From Candidatus Hodarchaeum mangrovi (GTDB lineage Archaea; Asgardarchaeota; Heimdallarchaeia; Hodarchaeales; Hodarchaeaceae), in NCBI GenBank assembly GCA_016839515.1, contig JAEOUE010000033.1, positions 1-14,855 on the forward strand: DNA of 14,855 nt, written 5' to 3'. How positions within the stretch are numbered: the stretch's first letter is position 1; each line of letters starts with the position of its first letter. The notes under the pieces were generated by a model that worked only from the letters and a program-made list of their open reading frames with translations, did no database searches and was not told the origin of the DNA. Of the stretch, positions 1-8,630 are shown piece after piece. Both the position numbers and the translations under genes were made by a program.

Positions 1-1
1 A

Positions 2-1153
2 AGTACGATTTTACCATCATATCGTTCTGGTAAAAAGAATATTGCTGGAGTTATTATTGGAAGACCTCTAAGAAAACAATATGTTGAAATCCCTCCTTTC
101 CATCAACAATTTTCTCCATTTTGGCAAGCAGTCGGAACATCTGAGAAAATGATATTATCTCATGTTAAATATTCTCAAAATCCAGAAATTTCTAATCAAA
201 AAAGCAATGCAGTAACTAATCACCCCTCTGCATCTTTTATTGATTTTTTAAAAAGTCGTGTTTTCCGAATCATGGCTGTTTTTATGGTTCTTTTAACAAT
301 TATTAGTTTAGATCATGTTATTTTTAAAAATATACTCGCTCGTGGGTTAATTTTTTTTGATTTTATTTGGCGTACATTTGTTTTATTTCTACCTATTAAA
401 TCTGTCTTCAATAATTTTTACCCTGAAATATTTCTTTTGATAAATCCATTTGTTTTTCTACTAGGTTTAGGTATTATAAGTCCTGTTACTTATTATTTAG
501 TTTATGATTCTCCATCAATTAAAAAAATATTAGTTTTATTTGTTGAAAGCCTTTTTGGGGGAATTATAGGTATTCTCATTTGCATTCTTCTCCCATTTTT
601 GCTTTTCATTTTTCTTATTGTATTAATTTCACCTATAACTTTTCTCCTCCTACATGTATCTTATTTTAACTTTAGTGGTTTATTTGTGCTTTCTATAACA
701 ATAACTCTCGTTGTTATTATATTAGAGCTATTATTTTTCCAAAAATTGTGGTCATTTCTTATTTTTAATGGATTAAGTCAAAACCTCAATATTGAACAAA
801 AAATTATTTGGATAAACCTAATTGGGTCAAGAGGAAGAATCACATTTATAGGGATAATGATTTTTCATTTTGCTACTCAATCAGTTTTATTCTTACTTTA
901 TTATTTCCGTTCTGAAATTAGTTTTTACGGTTCTTTTCTTATATTCGGTCCTGATAATCCATTTTCATTATTATTAAGTGATGCAATGGTCATATTGATT
1001 ACTACATCATTAGAAACAGGATTTTTTCTTGTATTGATAATATATCAAATAATCCAGTTCCAGAAAAAAAGTCATAAGCTGTTAGATAGTACATCCTATA
1101 AAACATATGCAAAAAGAACTCTACCGAGTGTCCATGAATATCTGACTGAGTAA
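2..1153 (+). CDS. Multi-pass membrane protein of unknown function, 5'-truncated by the window edge
   Basis: The frame of ORF 149..1153 stays open back to position 2 (STILPSYRSGKKNIAGVIIGRPLRKQYVEIPPFHQQFSPFWQAVGTSEK-M...), so ATG149 is probably internal. The C-terminal ~300 aa hold about 7-8 hydrophobic segments. No family motif recognised. Confidence 0.75.
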   Translation, partial: STILPSYRSGKKNIAGVIIGRPLRKQYVEIPPFHQQFSPFWQAVGTSEKMILSHVKYSQNPEISNQKSNAVTNHPSASFIDFLKSRVFRIMAVFMVLLTIISLDHVIFKNILARGLIFFDFIWRTFVLFLPIKSVFNNFYPEIFLLINPFVFLLGLGIISPVTYYLVYDSPSIKKILVLFVESLFGGIIGILICILLPFLLFIFLIVLISPITFLLLHVSYFNFSGLFVLSITITLVVIILELLFFQKLWSFLIFNGLSQNLNIEQKIIWINLIGSRGRITFIGIMIFHFATQSVLFLLYYFRSEISFYGSFLIFGPDNPFSLLLSDAMVILITTSLETGFFLVLIIYQIIQFQKKSHKLLDSTSYKTYAKRTLPSVHEYLTE

Positions 1154-1290
1154 TTAAAAATGGATTTCTATCCTTGAAGTCAGAAATCTAGAAAGGTTTA
1201 AGCATCTTTTTTAGGAAATAACTATTTAATTTTATAGATTTTATTAGTAAAAAGCTATTTGAGGATCTATATAGTGGTTATTATAAAGCA

Positions 1291-1683
1291 TTAATTATTG
1301 ATAGAATCAATTATTCTTTTAAGCTCAACTTCTATACTCTCAAGTCGTGGAATGATGTATTGAGCTCTTTCAGGTATTTCAACTAATTTATTTCCTAGAT
1401 CCAACAAATTATACTCATATATTTTTTTAATTGATGGAATTATCGGGTGATTAAGTTCTGTAAGGACTTGTATCATTTCTTGTAGGCGTGCATCAATATT
1501 TATCAAGATGGATGCTGCTACCTTTGCATTAGATTTTTGATTCATGAATTCACCTGCAGGAAAAAATACTCTCCAAAGAACTGATCCCATCTTAGGACGA
1601 ATAACATCCTGCATCTTATCAAGCGATTCTTCTAAGAGTTTAAAAATATAATTTAGCTCTTCTAAAATCACTTTTTCTCCCAT
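1291..1683 (-). CDS. Hypothetical soluble, probably alpha-helical protein directly downstream of dppF
   Basis: ORF 1291..1701 with amphipathic Leu/Ile/Glu/Lys pattern. A GGTGAT SD precedes TTG1686/ATG1683, making these the likelier starts. Same strand as dppF and under 50 nt from its stop. Confidence 0.7.
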   Translation of the reverse strand: MGEKVILEELNYIFKLLEESLDKMQDVIRPKMGSVLWRVFFPAGEFMNQKSNAKVAASILINIDARLQEMIQVLTELNHPIIPSIKKIYEYNLLDLGNKLVEIPERAQYIIPRLESIEVELKRIIDSINN

Positions 1684-1730
1684 CAAAGGATCACCAAGCA
1701 TGCAAATCTATAAATTGCTATTATTCGACT

Positions 1731-2741
1731 TTAGAGATTGAGAGGTGGACGGGGAAACCAACAAGCGCAAAAATGTCCATTTTCGACTTCCTCTAATGGG
1801 GGTTCCTCTTTTAAACATTTATTTTCTGAATACCTACAACGGGATGCAAAAAGACAACCAGGAGGAGGATTAATTGGACTACCAGGTTCTCCTGGAAGAA
1901 TTTCACGTTTGCGTTGACGTGTTGGATCTGCACTGGGTACAGCAGAGATCAATGCTATGCTATATGGATGAACAGCTCCATGGATGACTTGCTTGATTGA
2001 GCCTCTTTCCATTATTTTACCAAGATACATAATAGCAATCTTATCTCCAATATAACTAGCAATAGATAAATCATGAGTGATATAGATGTATGCAATGTTG
2101 AACTCTTTCTGGATTTTCTGTAAAAGATTTAGAATTTCAGAACGGATGGATACATCAAGCATTGAAACAGGTTCATCAGCTACTATAAATTTGGGATTCA
2201 CAACAATTGCCCTTGCAATAGCTACTCGTTGTCTCTGTCCTCCACTAAGTTCATGAGGATAGCGAAAAGTAAACTCTTCTGCAGGACTGAGTTGAACTGC
2301 TTCAAATGCTTTAACCACACGTTCCTCCTCATCTTGGTTTGATTCAGTAATTTTATTCAATCGTAAGGGTTCTGCTACAGTATCATATAAGCTTAATCTC
2401 GGATTTAACGACGAATAAGGATCTTGAAAAATAGTCTGGATTGCAGATCTGAGCCTACGGAGATCTTTTCTACTAATTTTTGAAAGATCCATCCCATCAA
2501 TGATTACATTACCCCCAGTGGGTTCTATTAATCCCATTAATAATTTTCCAATAGTTGTTTTCCCACATCCAGATTCTCCTGCAAGGCAATAAAATTCTCC
2601 TTCATATATGTCGAGATCAATTTTATCTACAGCCTTCAACCAGACTTCTCCTCCGAAAAGTTGTGAAAAAAAACCTGTACTTACTGGAAACCATTTTTGA
2701 AGACCCCGACAAGTGACTAAAGGGTTTTGGCTTTCACTCAA
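1731..2741 (-). CDS. dppF: Dipeptide/oligopeptide ABC transporter ATP-binding subunit (DppF/OppF)
   Basis: Walker A GESGCGKT, Q-loop IFQDPYSSLNPR, signature LSGGQRQR, Walker B IVADEP, H-loop ITHD, C-terminal HPY / GC-FASRC domain. TTG start overlaps the dppD stop (TTGA) with a GGAGG SD. Confidence 0.95.
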   Translation of the reverse strand: MSESQNPLVTCRGLQKWFPVSTGFFSQLFGGEVWLKAVDKIDLDIYEGEFYCLAGESGCGKTTIGKLLMGLIEPTGGNVIIDGMDLSKISRKDLRRLRSAIQTIFQDPYSSLNPRLSLYDTVAEPLRLNKITESNQDEEERVVKAFEAVQLSPAEEFTFRYPHELSGGQRQRVAIARAIVVNPKFIVADEPVSMLDVSIRSEILNLLQKIQKEFNIAYIYITHDLSIASYIGDKIAIMYLGKIMERGSIKQVIHGAVHPYSIALISAVPSADPTRQRKREILPGEPGSPINPPPGCLFASRCRYSENKCLKEEPPLEEVENGHFCACWFPRPPLNL

Positions 2742-3748
2742 TTTTTATCCTCCAATCCAATTCTATAATGTTCTGACTTAATCCTTCCTGCTGCAAGATG
2801 GCATGACACAAAATGACCACTTTTTAGTTCTTCAGCTGGAGGATCAGTATTCTTACACATTTCTTGAGTATATTTACAACGAGGATGAAAGCGACATCCT
2901 GTGGGTGGATCAAGTAAATTTGGTGGTTGTCCAGGTATTGATGCTAATGTTTGATCACTGGATTTTTCAATTGAAGGTATTGAAGCAATTAATCCTTGTG
3001 AATAAGGATGCATAGGGTTTGAGAATAAATCGATCACACTCCCAGATTCAACTATTTTACCAGCATACATAATAATCACTTTGCTGCAAATCTCAGCAAC
3101 TACTGATAAATCATGAGTAATTAACATTAGAGTAATCCCTAGTTCATCAACAAGCTTTTTCAAAAGATCCATTATTTGAGCTTGTACAGTTACATCTAAG
3201 GCTGTAGTTGGTTCGTCTGCAATAACAAATACAGGATTACATGCTAAAGCCATAACAATCATAGCTCTTTGCTTCATTCCTCCACTAAACTCAAACGGGT
3301 AATGATTTACGCGTTCAGGATCCATTCCCACTAAGTTAAAGAGTTTACGAGCTACTTCTAATGCTTCTTTATGTTTTATTTTTTTATCATGCTGCATAAT
3401 TGCCTCTGTAATTTGATCTTTAACACGAATAATAGGATTTAATGCATTCATTGCACCTTGAAAAACCATTGATACTCTTTTCCAGCGGATGTCTCGCATT
3501 TCCTCCTCTGTTAAGTCTGTAAGATCTATCCCATCTAGATATATATGTCCTCCAATTATTTGACCAGGATAAGGAAGCATACGGAGAATGCTAAAAGCAA
3601 CAGTGGATTTCCCACATCCTGATTCACCTACTAATCCAACAGCTTCCCCCTCTTCAATATTGAAGGATATATCTTCAATTGCTTGACAATTTCCTCTCTT
3701 CATGCAGTAATATACTTTTAAGTCCTCAATGCGAATTGACAATGTCAT
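2738..3748 (-). CDS. dppD: Dipeptide/oligopeptide ABC transporter ATP-binding subunit (DppD/OppD)
   Basis: GESGCGKS, VFQGAMNALNP, FSGGMKQR, IADEPTTALDVTVQ, ITHD, HPY...GCRFHPRC...C...SC C-terminal domain. SD AGGTGA overlaps the dppC stop; the start is ATG3748 or TTG3742. Confidence 0.95.
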   Translation of the reverse strand: MTLSIRIEDLKVYYCMKRGNCQAIEDISFNIEEGEAVGLVGESGCGKSTVAFSILRMLPYPGQIIGGHIYLDGIDLTDLTEEEMRDIRWKRVSMVFQGAMNALNPIIRVKDQITEAIMQHDKKIKHKEALEVARKLFNLVGMDPERVNHYPFEFSGGMKQRAMIVMALACNPVFVIADEPTTALDVTVQAQIMDLLKKLVDELGITLMLITHDLSVVAEICSKVIIMYAGKIVESGSVIDLFSNPMHPYSQGLIASIPSIEKSSDQTLASIPGQPPNLLDPPTGCRFHPRCKYTQEMCKNTDPPAEELKSGHFVSCHLAAGRIKSEHYRIGLEDKN

Positions 3749-3754
3749 TTTCAC

Positions 3755-5257
3755 CTATAATTTTCGTTGACGGGGGTTCATTGCTTTATCAACAGCATAA
3801 CCAATGAAAACAAATCCCATTGAGAGCATTACTATTGTGATACCAGGAGGTATTACGAACCACCACGCGCCTATATTTAGAGCTCCAGAAATATAGCTTT
3901 CCTGAAGCATCCTTCCCCAAGAAACTAGATCTACTGGAGTTAAACCAAGAAAACTCAAAGCTGCCTCATTTAAAATAGCTGCAGATACTCCAGTGGCCAT
4001 TTGGACAAATACAAGTGTCAAAACATTTGGTAAAACATGTTTAAAAATGAGATAAACATCACCTGCACCAGCTGCTTTAGCTGCTTCCACATAGGATTTT
4101 TCTTTTTCAACCAATACCTGTGATCTTATAATTCGTGAAGGCCCAGGCCATGCAAAAAGAGCAATGATGACTGTTGTTACTTCCAGACTTGGTTGAAACA
4201 TTGCCGCTAAGACCATCAGGATAGGCAATGTGGGCATAATCAAGAAGAAATCAACAATTCGCATAAGAATTTCGTCAATGTATCCTCCAAAATATCCTGA
4301 TAGTAATCCAACTATGAGGCCTACAGCGACACCACTAAATGTGGCAATCAAGCCTACATATAAGGAGACTTGAGCTCCCCAGAATAGCTGAGCCATAACA
4401 TCTTGGCCTTTATTAGTTGTCCCAAGTGGACCCCAGAAATTAGGCAGACAAACAATTTGTAGTTCATCAAACCAAAATTCTGCTGTACCTGTTTGTGAAG
4501 CTATTTGATTCAATAAATTAAATTCTAAACCTATTTCTGCTTTTACAGTTGAATTTGGCCTGAATATATAATAATACGCTAGGTAGGTGACATTTCTGGT
4601 ATATTTCCGCCATTCAGCAGGGAAAGCAGGAGAAATCGGAAATTTTGAAATGTAATCAGACATAGGTCCTAATGGATTATCAGGGGGCATTTGGAGTCGG
4701 AAATATGGAGAAACACATCGTGGTTCAAGAGTTCCATTGACACGAGATTTTAATTTAAAAGAAACAATTACCCACGTTGGAGTGGAATAACCATAATGAA
4801 AAGAAGTATTTGCTTTAACATTCGTTCGAAAGGAGCTAGTATTACTATCATCATTCAGAGTAAACTTGACTGATCTTGTTCCTGCAGTGTATTCTGTTGT
4901 ATCATAGGTATATGAACCATGATCATCCTCAAGTCCTGTATAGGCATCTATAGAGCTGAAATTCCAAGCTGCATCATCTTCAAAATAAGGATCAGGGATA
5001 TAATTTTTCTTTGGTGGAGCATCAGGATCTGTAAATATTGTCCATTCAGGTGCAGCATAATTAGGTCCTACGCGAGCTAACTCACCTGGGTATATTGGAA
5101 ATAATATAGGAGCGCTGAATGCTATTATGATAAAGATTAGAACAAATACCATTCCAACAATTCCATGTTTAACTTCAATATACTGCTTCCAAACACCAAG
5201 AGCTCGATCTTTCAGACTTTTACGGTGGATGATTTTATATGGTTTCGCTTTAGTCAA
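3755..5257 (-). CDS. dppC: Dipeptide/oligopeptide ABC transporter permease (DppC/OppC) with a large inserted extracellular CBM-like domain
   Basis: PLGTTNKGQDVMAQL, SGYFGG..DE.LMRIVD, EAA motif (YVEAAKAAGA...IFKHVLPN), EAALSFLGL, SWGRML, WW...PPG, C-terminal NPR. SD AGGTG is 6 nt before TTG5257 (the ORF track starts at GTG5266). Confidence 0.93.
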   Translation of the reverse strand: MTKAKPYKIIHRKSLKDRALGVWKQYIEVKHGIVGMVFVLIFIIIAFSAPILFPIYPGELARVGPNYAAPEWTIFTDPDAPPKKNYIPDPYFEDDAAWNFSSIDAYTGLEDDHGSYTYDTTEYTAGTRSVKFTLNDDSNTSSFRTNVKANTSFHYGYSTPTWVIVSFKLKSRVNGTLEPRCVSPYFRLQMPPDNPLGPMSDYISKFPISPAFPAEWRKYTRNVTYLAYYYIFRPNSTVKAEIGLEFNLLNQIASQTGTAEFWFDELQIVCLPNFWGPLGTTNKGQDVMAQLFWGAQVSLYVGLIATFSGVAVGLIVGLLSGYFGGYIDEILMRIVDFFLIMPTLPILMVLAAMFQPSLEVTTVIIALFAWPGPSRIIRSQVLVEKEKSYVEAAKAAGAGDVYLIFKHVLPNVLTLVFVQMATGVSAAILNEAALSFLGLTPVDLVSWGRMLQESYISGALNIGAWWFVIPPGITIVMLSMGFVFIGYAVDKAMNPRQRKL

Positions 5258-5517
5258 CAATAGCACCTTTATTGAGATATTATCTTCATAATCTTTGAAA
5301 CTATTAAATTGAAAATGAAGAATAATATAGTTTTGTCGCGTTTTAGTAGTTCCCTTTAATAATTTGCTGATATCTGTAAAAAATCTGTGAAAGAATTTTG
5401 AAAGTTGCTCTATTCCATAGATTTATTAATACTATATCAATTGCTAAGGATAAAAATTAGTTACAGTAAAATAATAATGGAATTTGGAATTAAAGTTCTT
5501 GAGAAGAGTAATATAAA

Positions 5518-6021
5518 ATGAGAAGAAGTATTCTAATAACATGGCTCTTAATAGTTATTGTCTTTTCTGGTTTGTTAATATATTCTACCATTTATGAAAT
5601 TGATGCATATGAAACAATTATCGAATTCAAATTTCAGATAAATGAGGTTAATATTAATCTGAATAATATGAGTGAAATGGTAAGTTTGATTATCCAAGCT
5701 ACGATATGGAATCCATCATTTTTTTCTTCATTTGAACTAAAATCAATTCAAGGAAGTGTCCTCCTAAATGGGCAAGGATCCTCATATCTTGCAGGTCAGA
5801 AATGGTTTTATCTAACAATTTTACCTGGAGAGAACTCAAGAATCAGCTGGTCATATGTGATACAACTTGAAGATATAGATATTTTTAACAATGCAAATTC
5901 AACACAGAATTGGAATTGGTATTTTTCTATTCGTCTTTTTATTGTTTCAAATATTGTTGAAGGAAATTTGTATGATAGATCCCAATCTTTTCAAGGAGTG
6001 AAAATATTAGTAGAAGGATAA
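5518..6021 (+). CDS. Membrane-anchored protein with a probable LEA_2/WHy-like beta-sandwich domain
   Basis: N-terminal TM/signal anchor (MRRSILITWLLIVIVFSGLLIY). Pattern LIIQATIWNPS..FELKSIQGSVLLNG...ILPGEN resembles the LEA_2 'NP...l..i.y.v.lNG...i.pg' signature. Confidence 0.6.
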   Translation: MRRSILITWLLIVIVFSGLLIYSTIYEIDAYETIIEFKFQINEVNINLNNMSEMVSLIIQATIWNPSFFSSFELKSIQGSVLLNGQGSSYLAGQKWFYLTILPGENSRISWSYVIQLEDIDIFNNANSTQNWNWYFSIRLFIVSNIVEGNLYDRSQSFQGVKILVEG

Positions 6022-6317
6022 AAATTTATAATTGATTTTATAGAAAAAATCTCCGGTAGCTCTATATTGTTATTGTAGGTAGCTTTCTAGAAAGGATTTT
6101 CGAAATGGAGATCATAAAAATAAGACTGGAAAAAATATTTATTTCCACATTGAATATAGAATTAAAACCAGCTATTCAAAAATTTTTGATATAGTCCCAC
6201 TCTGCTATTAGAATTGTTCTCTTAATATCATCCTATAGTTATTGATTAATCCTACAAAATTCTGTAATAAAAAATGAAAAAATGAATAATCGACCCAAAT
6301 AACTATGGAAATAACTG

Positions 6318-6581
6318 TTAATCGTGACGCAGAAGCACTTTATTAGTAAAAAATAGATAAAAGAGAGAGAATAGTGATATAAAGACTAATACGATTCCTA
6401 TTCCCACAGTTATTATCCCAATGAAGGGAATGATATTCCATAAAATCAAGCCTCCAATAAAAATTAAAATTATTCCTATTACAACGAACCATTTCAAAGT
6501 TGATTGGGTTGTCACCAATCGGCTAGCTTGATAGTTATTACTCAAATCAGTTTCATCCTTGATTGAATTTGCTTGTTTCAA
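6318..6581 (-). CDS. Small two-TM membrane protein, hypothetical
   Basis: 87-aa ORF with two hydrophobic helices (WFVVIGIILIFIGGLILW; FIGIITVGIGIVLVFISLFSLFYLFF). The TTG start is uncertain. Confidence 0.6.
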   Translation of the reverse strand: MKQANSIKDETDLSNNYQASRLVTTQSTLKWFVVIGIILIFIGGLILWNIIPFIGIITVGIGIVLVFISLFSLFYLFFTNKVLLRHD

Positions 6582-6585
6582 TAGA

Positions 6586-6596
6586 TTTATATAAAA
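6586..6596 (+). promoter_or_regulatory. Candidate archaeal TATA box (TTTATATAAAA) for dppB
   Basis: TATA-like box ~60 nt upstream of dppB ATG6655, which has a GAAGGT SD-like site. The AT-rich context lowers specificity. Confidence 0.35.
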
Positions 6597-6654
6597 TTAG
6601 CTAAGATCGTGATTGAATATCCTTTAACCCAATATTTTAATTGAAGGTACCATT

Positions 6655-7653
6655 ATGGGCTTACGAAAGTTCCTTATCAAGCGATTAATAATCGCTGTGG
6701 CATTATTCTTCGTTATTTTAATTTTCAATTTTTTCATCTTCCGTCTCCCAATCTTTGTGCTTGGGATGAATCCAATGTCATTATATACTACTCCTCAAAT
6801 GGATCCACTAACAATTGAAAGTCTAAGGATCCTTTATGGAATCCCTCCTGCAGATGCTACTTGGGTGGATTGGTTTAACCACTTTATTATTTATATGCAA
6901 AATATGCTGACTTTAGAATTTGGTGAAAGTTTCTCTACCCACGCTCCTGTAGTTGATGAAATTATGGCTAGAATACCCAATACACTCTACTTAATGGTCA
7001 CTTCCACTATCCTTGCAATTGCACTTGGAATTGTAGTTGGTGTTATAGCAGCTAGTCGCCATGGGGGTAAGCTTGACACAGCTTTAATAACTATAAGTCT
7101 TTCTCTGAATAGTTTTCCAGTTTTTTGGCTCGGAATGATGATGCTTTTATTCTTCGCATTTTATTTCCCAATTTTCCCTCTAGGTCATTCAACAAGCTGG
7201 CCTCCGCCAACGAATCCAATTATATATTTTCTTGATATAAGTTGGCATATGTTTTTACCTGTTCTCACGCTTACTCTAGCTTTTTTTGGAGGATACATGC
7301 TGTTAATGCGCAATATGCTAGTTGAAGTCCTAACTGAAGATTATATTCTTACAGCCAAAGCAAAAGGAATTCCTGAACGGCAGGTACTTTTCAATCATGG
7401 TATTCGTAATGCTTTTTTACCACTTATTACGGTAATAACAATTAGCTTTGGCTATGTAATAAGTGGTGCTACATTGACCGAAACCGTCTTTGCTTGGTTT
7501 GGGATGGGCCGATTGTTATTCGAATCTCTTACGAGATACGATTGGCCATTATCACAGGCTATTTTCTGGTTGATTGCTGTTAGCATCATTGCTGCAAACA
7601 TTCTTGCTGATGTATTATATGGGATATTGGATCCACGTATTAAATATTCTTAA
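6655..7653 (+). CDS. dppB: Dipeptide/oligopeptide ABC transporter permease (DppB/OppB)
   Basis: MGLRKFLIKRL start, FGESF...PV...I..RIPNTL.L, PVFWLG, HMFLPVLTL, EAA-like EDYILTAKAKG...HGIRNA, ETVFAWFGMGRL, DWP, ADVLYGILDPRIKY. Confidence 0.95.
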   Translation: MGLRKFLIKRLIIAVALFFVILIFNFFIFRLPIFVLGMNPMSLYTTPQMDPLTIESLRILYGIPPADATWVDWFNHFIIYMQNMLTLEFGESFSTHAPVVDEIMARIPNTLYLMVTSTILAIALGIVVGVIAASRHGGKLDTALITISLSLNSFPVFWLGMMMLLFFAFYFPIFPLGHSTSWPPPTNPIIYFLDISWHMFLPVLTLTLAFFGGYMLLMRNMLVEVLTEDYILTAKAKGIPERQVLFNHGIRNAFLPLITVITISFGYVISGATLTETVFAWFGMGRLLFESLTRYDWPLSQAIFWLIAVSIIAANILADVLYGILDPRIKYS

Positions 7654-7673
7654 AACACCTGTGGGAAGTTATA

Positions 7674-8087
7674 ATGCTTCTAGATAAGAAAAAAGAAGAG
7701 AAAATTGATCAAATAATGATATTAGTATCATCTTTCGGCTCTGTTATTGTAATGAGTGCAATTTTACATGTTTCTTTTACTCAAATAATACCATTAACAC
7801 AAATAACCGCAGGTGTTATACTAATTGGTCCCTCTATCTTTATAGGACTTTTAAATGATGATTTAAAAGATGCTTTGAAAGCGATGGTTATAACTGTACT
7901 AGGAACCATCATTCTGACCATATTCATTCGATCCATTCCTGCCATTATCGGAGTCTTTCCTGCTCAATCAGATGTGTTTATATTTCAGCAGATCGCAGAA
8001 ACACTTCCTTTATTCTTTTTAATGATCCCATTTAGTGTAATTGGAACTGTAGGTGGATCAATTTTATCAGAATTCCTCTTTAAATAG
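7674..8087 (+). CDS. Hypothetical four-TM membrane protein, probably co-transcribed with dppB
   Basis: 137-aa ORF starting 20 nt after the dppB stop, with four hydrophobic segments. Confidence 0.75.
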   Translation: MLLDKKKEEKIDQIMILVSSFGSVIVMSAILHVSFTQIIPLTQITAGVILIGPSIFIGLLNDDLKDALKAMVITVLGTIILTIFIRSIPAIIGVFPAQSDVFIFQQIAETLPLFFLMIPFSVIGTVGGSILSEFLFK

Positions 8088-8089
8088 GT

Positions 8090-8110
8090 CAAAAAACTCT
8101 TTTTAGAGTG
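8090..8110. terminator. Possible terminator: short hairpin ACTCT-TTTT-AGAGT next to an A6 run (T6 on the minus strand)
   Basis: 5-bp inverted repeat at 8096-8109, right after the 4-TM gene stop, between convergent units. Confidence 0.3.
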
Positions 8111-8251
8111 TTAAGGGAAGGTATACTGATTACTACGTCTGTAATATCATTTTTTTATCCTTTAATACAAACCACAATTATTTTTAATTTATCTTTAGGA
8201 GAGATTTTGTTTATCACTTCTGATCTTGATCCTTCTTCCAATACTTTTATT

Positions 8252-8458
8252 TTAATTTATCCTCATTACAAATAAAAACCGAAGGGTATTCTCTTCTCTT
8301 ATAATAAGCAATAAAAAAAGGATAAAGACAAATAATGAGGAAACTATTAATAAAAATTTCATAAGACTACCAAACTCAAACTGGATAATAAAGAATCCAA
8401 AAAATATCAGTGCAGTTTGATGAAGGATCTTATAACTCCATAATTTACGATTCCAAAT
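8252..8458 (-). pseudogene. Remnant of the C-terminus of an acyltransferase-3 family (MdoC/OpgC-like) membrane protein
   Basis: Manual translation: IWNRKLWSYKILHQTALIFFGFFIIQFEFGSLMKFLLIVSSLFVFILFLLLIIREENTLRFLFVMRIN*. It matches the typical family ending 'Y.lHQ.v...g..iiq.....KF.ii...s......ir....LRFLFG'. An in-frame TAA lies immediately upstream (8461-8459) and the N-terminal part is absent. Confidence 0.55.
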
Positions 8459-8630
8459 TTATATTATAATTTTCATCAATCCTCTACTTTATATGTTATT
8501 TTGAGGTCATTGAGAGCACAAGGCATTAAACTATCTATTAATAGTAGTTTGGTGTTTTTCCTGAAGCAAATGCTCTGAATTTTTGGGAATAACCAAAAAG
8601 ATTAAAGAAAATTCTCCACAATGCCTTACT

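Noticed and set aside
2803-3015. 70-aa plus-strand ORF
   Set aside because: Entirely antisense to dppD with no motif; shadow ORF.
6022-6317. 300-nt gap between convergent genes as an ncRNA or gene remnant
   Set aside because: No GC-rich structured segment, and the minus-strand frames I translated are interrupted with no recognisable motif.
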